Assembly (NCBI RefSeq): GCF_037042905.1
Contig: NC_087251.1
Coordinates: 17,486,001-17,550,000, forward strand
DNA from: Lytechinus pictus
Taxonomy: Eukaryota
Reading direction: 5' to 3'
Length of the DNA: 64,000 nt
The notes under the pieces are model-generated. The model made no database searches. It was not told the DNA's origin and saw only the letters and a list, made by a program, of their open reading frames with translations. Both the position numbers and the translations under genes were made by a program. How positions within the stretch are numbered: the first letter of the stretch is position 1; each line of letters begins with the position of its first letter. Shown here piece by piece: positions 38,301 to 50,300 of this stretch.

Positions 38301-41300
38301 GAAGAAGCGCGGGGGATCGGGACGGCCCGGGCCGGGGCGGAAAATCTGCCTGCGGCCGGAGTAGCTCTAGCACTTATTAACTATACTCAATCGTACGCGC
38401 AAATCATTTGTTTCCTTGATCATCTGCAATTGCACTAGATTTCTCTCCACATTGAAATTAAGGCCTTGGTGGCCTCCTCACTCCAGTGCGATGTCATCTG
38501 GTATGAAAATGTAGAATACCGGTAAATGTCACCCTTAATTCGTAAAACTATTTTTTTAAGAAGAAGAATCAACCGCCTAGTCAAAGTCGAACCCCGGGTC
38601 ACGTCGCATGAAAAGTGTACGTATGTTTATCGCTGCATATGCCCTGGCGCTGGCTTGCTGGTAGGCCTCGCATCAGCTAGCCTCGCATATCCATGCATAT
38701 CGAACAGTGCGGGCTATGAACCGGAAATTCACTTATCGCGGTGATCGATTGGATACAAGTTCCCGTAGTTTGCTTTCAGATTGCCAAAATACCCACGACC
38801 TTGGAAAAATCCCCGCGAAAGTTCTCGTAATTTCGCCAAGTACCTACTATTTAGCGGGTATTTTCTTTCAGGGATATTGCGCGTAGTTTGCTTTCACATT
38901 ACCAAAATACCTGGTATTTTCTGATCGGGGTAAATTTCCCGATCAGAGAATACCTGGAACTGACGAACTTCGAGGCGGTCTGAAACCACCTAGTTTAAAG
39001 ATAAACGCAGCCTTTGAGTCTGCCGTAGGCCTACTGATGGCAGACTTGCTATTGAATATCAGGAATTTGTACTTGTACTTTATACCTTTACAACGTACAT
39101 GTACTGAACATGTAGTGCATGTAATGTCAGTATCAGTAGTATTTAATGGGAGCCTTGTCACTTGTCAAGACAAGAGAGTATAAAAGAGACTCCACAGTGA
39201 ACTATGTAGAATCTCTGTTGACACAGTTGTTGACTCAGGCAATAAACACATCTTCATCATCTATACGTACATTTACATGCATGCACGTGTGCATCAAACT
39301 CAAAGCAGGCTACATACATGTTGCATCTAGATCATTCATTTAAGAGATTTTAACATGAGCATTGTTAGCGAACTTGCGTGAATTGTAATTTGGATTTTCA
39401 TAGAATACATGTAATGTACATGTACATGTAGGCTATCTTTTGAATTTTGCTTGTGGAAATATACAGCGTGCATTTGTACAGTATGCATCTTTATCTGGCA
39501 AATTTCAGGAGTCTACTTTAAATCTGTTATGAAAGCAGTTAGCTGTACTTGTAGCATGGACTATTGAAGTAGAAAAGACAGAAGTGTACTGGATGAGCAA
39601 ACACTTGAAAACAGAGAGAAAATAATGAAAAATGAGTATCAACTATCAACCTGATAAAATACATGTACATCATTACAAAGAAGTCCTTTTGAGGATCAGT
39701 AGGCTTGACTTGTTATTGTGAAGAGAGAATGCCTAAAATCCAACTTGAAATGATGGGAATGCGTAATATTTTTTTTACTCTTGACTCTCGGAGGCTACAT
39801 GTACAGTACATTTATACAGCATGGACAACACCGTTGAGTGTTGACTGTTTGTGAGTGGAAGCTGAATAATTTATCTCAATGAAGCGTTTTGGGGTCACAT
39901 ACTTGAAAATTACCTTCATGGGTAATGGATATTGATGAATCAGCCCTGATACAATTTGTACAAACCTGTATGTTAATAAAGCACATTTTGTACTGTACAT
40001 GTAGGTTGTTTGGGATCATCTTCGTGTATACTACTAGGCCTTTGATTCATATTGACATTCGCAATATAGATTATGTATGTGCCTCTTTTTCTCTGTTTGG
40101 TTTGATTGAGGAACAGCGATAGGGATTCTTCTTCTTTTAGGCTTAGTATTCCTGGGGTTTCTTTCCAGATGGTGAAGGGGGAATGTTAAAGGAAAGGTTA
40201 AAAATAAGTATATATAATGTACATGTATCTGGACTTTATACACTTTTAATAAAGAAATATCTGAATTACAACATTTATTGATGAAGTGAGCCAAGAGGAA
40301 CAGCATTTATATCCATGCCCTCTTTCTAAACTCATGTGCAGCATCAGATTGAACAAAGAAAATCATTGTCTTTTCATTGACATTGTATGAATTTATTACA
40401 TTCCTTGTTGATGTATTAAAGAAAGGTGAAAATAATCACTTTGAATTTTCAAATTCTTGTGTTATTTAGGAAGAATATTAGGTCCACTGATTTTCAGATA
40501 CCCTACATGTAATATTCAAAATACAATGTATGACCAAAATCCACACACATCCTGTACACAAATCACGCTTTTTTCATTAAGCCCAAAGTGCTTACAAATA
40601 CAAGAAATGTAAAAAAATGGAATTATAATCTTAGATTTTGAAAAAACTTTTTGTATGTACACTTTATAAAATCAACATTTCTCAATCACTTTGAAAGTTT
40701 CCTTCTTATTTCCATCGTATTACAAGAACTTATGTAATTTTGTAGCTGTGTGTACAGTACAGAGTATTGGAAAAGCGGTTCCATGATACATGTATTTGCT
40801 CCTGAGACAATTACCAGTACTCCTATTGAAAATCTGCATGTTATTTTTAAAATCCAAATATGAAACCTAACCTCTAAAACTACTTGTAAACCATAATCCT
40901 TATCTTTACATTATTCTGAACCAAAAACTCTACTACAATTCTCACTCTGACCATATACCCTAGATATCAAGACTGAACCAAATTTTGCATGAACAATTGA
41001 ACATTGTGTTTACTGCAGGAAAAGAATGGATTTATATTTTGATTAATAAGTTTATGTACATGTAAAGGTTTCAAGATTAGTCAGAGAAGAAAATTAAAAA
41101 ATAAGTACATGTGCATCTTTAATACATCCCTCGGTGTACATGTACATGTAGTGTAGACTTTTTATAGCTTTGTAAAAGTATTAACATTCTTTTCATGTAG
41201 AGGCCTTAAATATTGCTGACATTTCTGCATTGTCAGCTGAAATAAAAATGACTATTCAGTATTCATACTGTACATGCACATTTCAATCACGGATTCATGG

Positions 41301-44300
41301 TGATGTTTATTAGAGCAAAACTGGTGCAAAATATGCTGAAAAGTACTACATGTATTTGTTCCTGGGCATTGTTTCAAAACTCACTCATGGGGAACCAATA
41401 AGATTTCCATGTACATGAATGAGGCAATGAGTTCCAGACACGTTATGTTGAATACACATGTGTAATATAATATGTACTGTATGTATGAGTTTCTTTTCTT
41501 TATTGAATCATTAGCTTTCTTTGCAATCAGAGCCCTACTGATGTACAATGTACATGTAATGCACTGGACTGAAGATATAGACTTTTTTAAATTCTCGCTA
41601 CCCCAAATAGGAACAAAAATCTCATAATGCGCGAGACGAGATAATTTTCACTCCGTCGGGTCGTCATCACCACTTCCGGTTCAGAGTCATGCTCGCGAGA
41701 GATTCGCGATACTGAGTTTTCCACATCGCTGAAATCGATGCCAATCAGCGTAATATGTACAGATTATAATACTTTTTATTTAATTTGGTCAGTTTTTATT
41801 CCATTTGAATTATAAATAAAAAAAAAATATATATTTCACGTGAAAATAATCTTTATTCATGTTTTTATTTGGTTATAAAAAAATTAAACAAAAAATTAAT
41901 ATCTTAAAATTTTGCATTTAGCGACCGGCCTGACATCACGATCGTATTCGACTAGACGATAAATATATACACTACAGCATTCATTCCGTTCAATTTTTCG
42001 TCGACCACAAAATGGATAAAAAATCAGTTTCGGAACTTAAAAAAATCTTAACTGACAGAGGAATACCGTGCAATGGAAAGCGTCGGGCAGAATTAGTGAC
42101 TTTAGCAGAAAAGGCTGTTAAACTGTATCGTGAAAGAGAGTGTTGTGATCACAAACTTTCCGAGCGCAAGCGACGTTGTGTTGTTGTGCATGACGGCTCT
42201 GTTGATCTGAATGGCAAAACAGTGCATTGGACTTCCGAACAGGAAGTTGTAATACCGAAAAGCTATCCCATAATGCAATGCGCGATACAGGGATTTTGCC
42301 GGATCTCGGCGAAATCACTATTTGGGGTAGCGAGAATTGAAATAGCCTACATGTACATGTATGTATCTACATGCATGAACACTCCTTTCCCCTTTCTTTA
42401 TGTAATTTTATTACTTTCTTGTACATTACCTTACAAATAATTCTAAGCTGATTTTTTTTTGTTAGGCCAATCCATTTTTAATGAGTGTTCATTCTATGAC
42501 TTTGATAATGTATTAATTAATTAAAAGAGTGAATGCCATAATGATACAGAATATTTTTCAAATTTATTGTAATATGATAACAGAACAACTTGATTTGAAT
42601 ACATGTACATGTATGCCTGAAGTATTGAATCGATATGTTTTCAGTTGATGTTTATAAAAACTACATGTGGTCGCATTTCATAAGTTCGGTATGCAAAAAG
42701 GGTGGCGGATGAACAAATTTTCACACAGTGCTGTGGATAAATTGTAGCTACATGTACATCACAGCCCCATAGCAAAATTTGTTGTGTAAGGTCCCATTTC
42801 AAAGCTTGAACTATACATGTACATGTAGGCTAAATATATTACTATAAATTTATAGATCAATACAATATCAGCAACAAAAACTACATCACATTAGTTTGAA
42901 GTTATAGGGGTGGCGGATGCAGTGAATGATGATATGTTCAAACGTGATGCTTATTTCATGATTTTTGTTCATTTAAAATATTTTTTTAGTTTAAATGTCA
43001 CTACTTAAATAAAATAAAGTTCAATTGTGGCCAAAAACAAACTTTTGGAATTATTTTAAAGTCCCTATACAGTTAAATTATCCATGATCTGCCTAATTGA
43101 TATACTCGATTAAGTAGGAAAATGTTGGCCAATATACATGTATACATTCAACGACATTTTTTGTATTTATTTTAATTTCAATATAGATTGTGTCTACATG
43201 TAATTTCACTTTGAAATTATTTATTTAAAGACTATTGTCATCACTTCTTTAAGTTGATGTACATGTTCATTCATAAAAAAGATATAGGCATGCATGTACT
43301 ATATAATAAATTAATTAAACTTAAATTACAACTTAAACATGTATATTATGTCATAATATGTATATTGACTGTCAGCCTCATATTACTAGTCAATTTAAAT
43401 GCAAAGAAAAACTAAGTTTTATTCAAATTTGACAAACTTGAAAATATGCAAACTTCATTTATAGTACCGTATCTTAAAGTCTTCTATCATTGCCCATTTT
43501 TTTTCTATCCATGGGGTTGTGAATTTGCCAGGTATGTATTAAAAGATGACAGTAATTTTTTTGAAAAAATTGTGAAATTGAAATCCTCCTTCATTATTTG
43601 AAGAATGCAGAGTTGCCAACCCTTATGGAATATTAATGAGATGTGTTGTAATGTAAATTCAGTGTTACTTCCCGCTTGAATGACAAAAAAATGAGTGAAA
43701 AACTTTTGTAAACATGTAGCATGTTTTGTCTCGTAAGAAAACATTTGGTTCGGCCGTTTGATTATTCACATTGTAATTTCTTATATCTGATTAATATTCC
43801 ATAACGGTTGGAATCTCTGAAAATGGTAATACCTACAACGTACAGCGCGTCCCCCCAAAAATGTCCCTCTTACATGCGGCTAAATTTTTTTCAGAAAATA
43901 AATATTATTCTCAATGAAATGTATGGAACTACATGTAGGAAGCTCATCTCATGTTCTAGCGTCTATAAAAATTTCATTGGTCTCGCTTCAGTGGTTCTGA
44001 ATACACAGTGTATTATGTAACAGTGGTGCTTTTCAGCCCATTCCAAGTTTGCATGCATGCAGCACTACTGTGTGTTCTGCACTTTCTAGCATATCAACCC
44101 CCTTTGACCATTCTTACCAAGGAATTCCCTGACCTGACCAGGGAAATCTCCATGATCTAACCAGGCTCATCAAATCACAACCTTGAGCATGTTCAGAAGG
44201 GCAAAAACAATATTTGACAGTTCATTTCATGTTTTAGAATTAATTCAGTCCTAAGTCACAGGGACATTTTTTGGGGGACGCGCTGTATAAAAAATAACTT

Positions 44301-47300
44301 TTTTGGCCATTTTTACCCTGTTAGCGAAATTGGACCACCTTATGACATGCGACCATGTGCATGTGGCTTCTACTTGTAGGATGTCTTTGTACATGTAGTG
44401 CCTGTGTAAGATGCAAATTGAATAGAGGAGGTTTATCTGAACAACCTGATATCAAGGAAGATGTTCATATTACTGTCATAGACCCGAGCCCCCCTCACAC
44501 TGGAGGTGGTTCTTTATCAGCTCAAATTAGCAAGATTCTAGAAACCCCATCTCCATCAGCCTTGATGGGGGGGGGGGGGGGTATGGAATATGACATTGGT
44601 CTACAGAGTTCAGGTGTGTACACTTTTGGCTCCTTTGCTTTATCTATCTAGTAATTGTATAGTACCATTAAATTAATGAATTATCCCTACATGTGTATGA
44701 CTGTCTTTACTTGTGAAATACATGTAGAGATAATTATTTTGTATAAAAAAGAATTAGAAAATCGTTAATCAACTCAAGATTCTCATCTTGATAATTACAT
44801 GTATGTCTTGATTACAATTAATCTTATTAAAGATTGTGCTAGGTCAGAAATAGCTGTATTTGAAAACTGGTGGATAGAGATGGGCCTAGTGCATCCTACT
44901 GAGGTGATGTCATGAAGAACACAGCTGACTCCAACTCTCCTCAACCAAAGACTGTCTTGGCTGGGTCAGATTCCACCAGCTCCTTAGTCTTAGAAATCAG
45001 ACACCATTATGAAATGATACCCATGTTGTAAGGAACAAGGAAGTTACATTTAATAATCAACAGTACCATGCATTCTCTGTTGAAGCTTGATGAAACATGA
45101 GGCCTTTCTCATAATGATTTTTTTTGTGTTAGTTGGTGAGTTCTCTGACATTTGGTTTGTCATTGACTTAAACTTTACTGATTGCAATTTATTAGCCTAT
45201 AGGCCTACAGGGTTTTGGGCTAGTATTGTGTCTGTATAGGGGGGGGGGGGGGGGTGCCCTCTTTTAATAAACATTTGGTTGATAGGGTCAATCAAGTTCA
45301 ACCCATTTTCCCTCTCTAGTCAAGGTATATCATATTCTCTGCTTTCACATTGGTCTCCAAGCAGAGGAGATTTCCTTTGCTTTCATCAAAATCTGATAAC
45401 AAATAGTGAAGTTAATTTTAAAGTTGAGCAATATGTTGTGAAAAGATTTATATGCTTGTTGACGTTGTCGTCATGAATATTCATTAGGTGGGCTGATGAT
45501 GTCACATCCCCACTTTCCTTTTTCTCATGTTATCACATGAAATCATAATAATGTTATTGTATATGTGTGAATGGTACATCTATGTCTCTGATAATGAAAT
45601 AAATTTTCAGCAATGAATATCTAATGCACTGTCCGTTGTCAATCCAATTCTTTTTTTTTTTTTGAGGAAAAAATTTGAATAAACCTGATTTCTTATAATA
45701 AAATTAAAATACAAAAGAACAAATGGGGATATGACATCAGTTTGCTCATTGAATATTCATGAAGATATGCCAAGAACTGTTTCACCAGAATAATGCAAAT
45801 CTTTAAAATGCCATAACTTTGTTATTCTTTGTCTGATTTTTATCAAATTTTCAGTATTATGATTGTCTGATTTTTCTCTATTCAAATCATATTATTTTCA
45901 GCGTGGAGTATCCCTTTAATATTAGGGGCATTATTGAAACTACACTTTTATTTGTAATTTTTTTCATGTATATGACCTAGATGTATACATTAATCTGATT
46001 ATCAGCATTGAATGAAATGAACTGAACTGAATATAAGGTAATCATCTGGGGAAATCTTTATCAAACTCTATACCGTATGTGAAGGCATGCATGACAAAAG
46101 TTCTGCACCTTTTCTTGACGAATTTTATTGGTATCAAACAGAAAAGAACTGTTTGAATTAATGGAAAAAAAACCCAAGAAATATTACATTACGTGCATAA
46201 CACATTTCAATACGTATGCACTATAACACAAAAATACCAAAAGTCTGTTTTTTTAAGACTAGACATTAGATGTCAGAGCTGACAATTTCACAGCATGCAG
46301 TAGCTCTGTTGGATGGGCATTGCACACATGAGCGCTAATAATATGCTTCAGATTGTTAGAGTGCATTGCTAATTACCTACTGATAGATTTATTAGTATAT
46401 AACTGATTTCAGAATCCAGATCATACATGTACATGGTTCATTGCAAATATATTATGAGTATGACTGAAATGAGATGATGAAATTAGGTTGTTGATTCCTG
46501 CTGTACATGTAGATCAATATGGATGTTCATAAATATGTACACATGTACATGTACATTGTAGATGAAGGTCTACTTCATCATACATGGTTATCCACTGATG
46601 GTAAACATGTGTATGTATCATATACATGTACAATGCATTGTGGTCAATTGATTAATGGCCCATCTGTTTTAAAAACTGAAACAACCTTTATGTAGATGTT
46701 AAAGTTGTTAATTGTACATTTGCATTTTAAATCCTCGTGCTCATAATGCCTTTGATACCATATTCAAATGAGCTCAGAAAACTCAGCAAAGATTTAATCA
46801 CAGTGTCTGTTTTTCTTGTATTTTCATGTTTTTTATGCACAATTTGTACATACACATGCAGTTCTTATACATGTAGATTAATCATGACTACGTACTATAA
46901 AATTGCTCTCATTCTTAGTGATCTGGAATGAAATTTGTGGAAACGATTACTCAGCTGAATTGAACTGATTTGATGCCAACATTCATACACACACACAAAA
47001 AAGAAGTTTAAGGGTCAATGTCATTTAACAAAAGACTCCTGAAATGTTTCTTGTAAAAAACTTGGATGATCTTGTAAAATTGCACAGATTCATATGAAGA
47101 GAAGATATGAAATGAAACCTAAACCATTCATAAACCAAATGTAGAAGGTGGTATTAAGTGTACTGTGAAAAAATATGTTTAGCTCTCAGGTATTGTGCTT
47201 ATTGATATAAAATCATGTATATGCACTACTCTGTGTGATATTTTTTTCCGAGTTAATTGGTTAAGTTGTTGATAAAAGCTATACATGCTAACATGTACAT

Positions 47301-50300
47301 ACATTTCAATGTTTATACTTCAACCTCCCTATATTAAGTTTGCTGAGGTTATTTGAATTCATTTTCTATAAGATCAGGAAAACAAATTTTGGTTTTCCTA
47401 AAAGGTCTACACTGTAGATCGCGAGGGGTATGACATTTAATAGTAAGTTATCATAACCATTCTTACATTGCTTGCTACATATTTTTTATACTTTCCCCAG
47501 ATATTTGCAAGAAATTGGCTACACAGATACAATCCTTGATATCAGATCAAATAGAGTACGGTCTTTATTAGGTCTTGCTCCAAATGAAAGAACTGGTCCT
47601 GGTCTTGAGACCAATGGTCAAATAGAACCAATTGTTAATGGTGAGAGTCCAGCCAAGCAAGGAAGGCACATTGATCAGGGAACAGCTAAGAGGTAAGTCA
47701 ATAATGAGGGTGATTTTTATTTATTTATCTATTCATTATTTAAATTTATTCATGATTTCAATTGTTTATTTATGTGTATTTTTTTATTCTAATATTTGTA
47801 ATTGATTCAATAATTTGATTAATATATGGGAGTTACATGTAAGTTGATCCATTTTGAACTTTTGTCTATCAAAAGCAGTGCTACATGTACATGTAGAAGC
47901 ACCAGTAAAATGATAGTGGAATAAATGGCAAGGGTTGATAGGTTTTTTTCATCTTTGCTTGATTGTAGTAGGAAAACAAATGAGAAAGCTGATTTTTCTA
48001 AACCATTAATTTCTTCGGTTCTTTTTGAAATTATATTATTGGTTCTTGCTCATCCACTGAATCTTTTTTCTTATACCTTGTCTTGATTTTTTTTCATTGA
48101 GTCTGTCTTCTTCAGTTAAGTCTGGAGATTCTTGTACATAATGCTTGGTGATTTCCCACAGGTCTACATGTAGTCATGGTTCATTGGGTGATATCAATTA
48201 TGGAATGGGTATTTAGTGCTGGAAGCATTATATAGATCACCTTTCCTAGCTCCAACACCTAATCTGAGTTTACAACAATGATTAATATCATAAATCATAT
48301 CAATTGCACAAAATTCATTGAGATTCATCATAGGACAAACTTTGTTTCAAATTGTTGCGATGCTATTTTAGAAATTTACCCAAAACCCACACATAAACAT
48401 CAACACCGAACTTGAAATCGACCAGTGGCAAAAATCTTGTGCATTGCTGACCTTTGAACGTAGCTCCTCTGATAATAATTCCTGTAATATTTTCCACCAG
48501 GCAACATGAAAAGCCTCGAATCCACCAAGCCTTGCCAGAGAATGTCCTGGACAAGGTCCTGTCTACCTTTGACTTCCTCTCCGATACTCTGGACGATGAT
48601 GGAGAGGTGGAAGGAGATGGGGAAGAAGGCATCGCTGCTGATGATGAAAGCGACATCAGAGAATCAAGGGGGAAAACCGGCACAGTTGTCAAGAAGAAAA
48701 AGGTGAGGAATCTTCAAGGAAAGCATGTACATTCTTATCACCTGTTATTCCATGTTTTTTTCCTTAAAAATTCTGAGGATGGATTATCATGAAAATGATT
48801 TGATGTACAGATATGCATGTCATAGTTTAGTTTTCTAAGCCACCTCTTTCTTTTTCTCACAGGCAAGGTTTAACTAATGTTGTAACCGATTTTTATTCCA
48901 ATTCCCGATCCGATTTTCCCCTTTTTTCTACATTTTTCTGAACCCCGATTTTTGACGAGTGGGAAAAAAATCGGATCAGAAAAACCAAAACATAACAAGA
49001 CAAAAAACATGTGGCGACATGTTTGCCGTCAAAAAGCGCTGATTATTTTTTTTTATCTCGGACAAAAGCGGTGGAAGGAAAAGAAAATTATGATTTGTTT
49101 TGATCTCCGATATTAGCGGAAAGGGAGGAGGAGGAGAAGATGATTTGTTTTCATCTCCGACGTAAGTGGAGGAAGAAGATGATGATGATTTGTTTTGATC
49201 TCCGACATAATCGGAGGAAGAAGAAAAAGATGATGATGATTGGTGATAATTTGTTTTGATCTCCGACAAAAACGGAGGAAGAAGAAAACAACAAGAAGAT
49301 ATTGATATGTTTTGATCTTTAATAAGCGGAGGCAAATAAAATTTAGTTGAACACGCTGACATGCGCGGTAATGTTTACGACTATGCGTCCTCCGTCCTCC
49401 GCCATCACCATGATGTTGTAGAGAAGGTGAATATCATCGTAAACAACTTCGGATAGTAGTGCATCTTTTTTGGTAAGTAATGCGACCTCTAAAAGTTCAC
49501 GACGGACTCCGCCATCAACATGATGATGTAGAGAAGGTGAATATCGTCGTAAACAACTTCGGATAGTAGTGCGTCTATTTTGGTAAGTCATGCGACCTCT
49601 TAAGAGTTTACGATTGCCTCCACCATCACCACGATGTTGTAGAGAAGGTGAATATCATCGGAAACAACTTCAGATTGTAGTGCGTCTATTTTGGTAGGTC
49701 ATGCATCCTCTAATTTACGATTGCCTCCGCCATCACCACGATGTTGTAGAGTAGGTGAATATCGTAAACAACTTTGGATAATAGTACGTCTATTTCGGTA
49801 GGTCATGCGTCCTCTAAGAGTTAACGATTATTTCCGCTATAACTACGATGTTGTAGAGAAGGTGAATATCATCGTAAACAACTTCAGATTATAGTGCGTC
49901 TATTTTGGTAGGTCATGCGTCCTCTAAGAGCTCACGATTATCTCCGCCATCACTACGATGTTGTAGAGAAGGTGAATATCATCGTAAACAACTTTGGATA
50001 ATAGTACGTCTATTTCGGTAGGTCATGCGTCCTCTAAGAGTTTACGATTGCCTCCGCCATCACCACGATGTTGTAGAGAAGGTGAATATCATCGGAAACA
50101 ACTTCAGATTGTAGTGCGTCTATTTCTGGAAGTAATGCGACCTCTAAGAGTTTACGATTGCCCCCGCCATCACCACGATGTTGTAGAGAAGAGGACTATC
50201 GTTGATCGGCGGTAGTGTCGCGCGCTGCATCATCATTATCTTTTTTTCCTTCCTCCGATTATGTCGGAGATCAAAACAAATTCTGTCATCAGTGTAGCTT

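Noticed and set aside
48843..48870. Strong acceptor-like tract CTCTTTCTTTTTCTCACAG|GCAAG as an extra striatin micro-exon
   Set aside because: No frame-preserving good donor is visible, and exons 6 and 7 join in phase without it. It cannot be fully excluded without RNA data.
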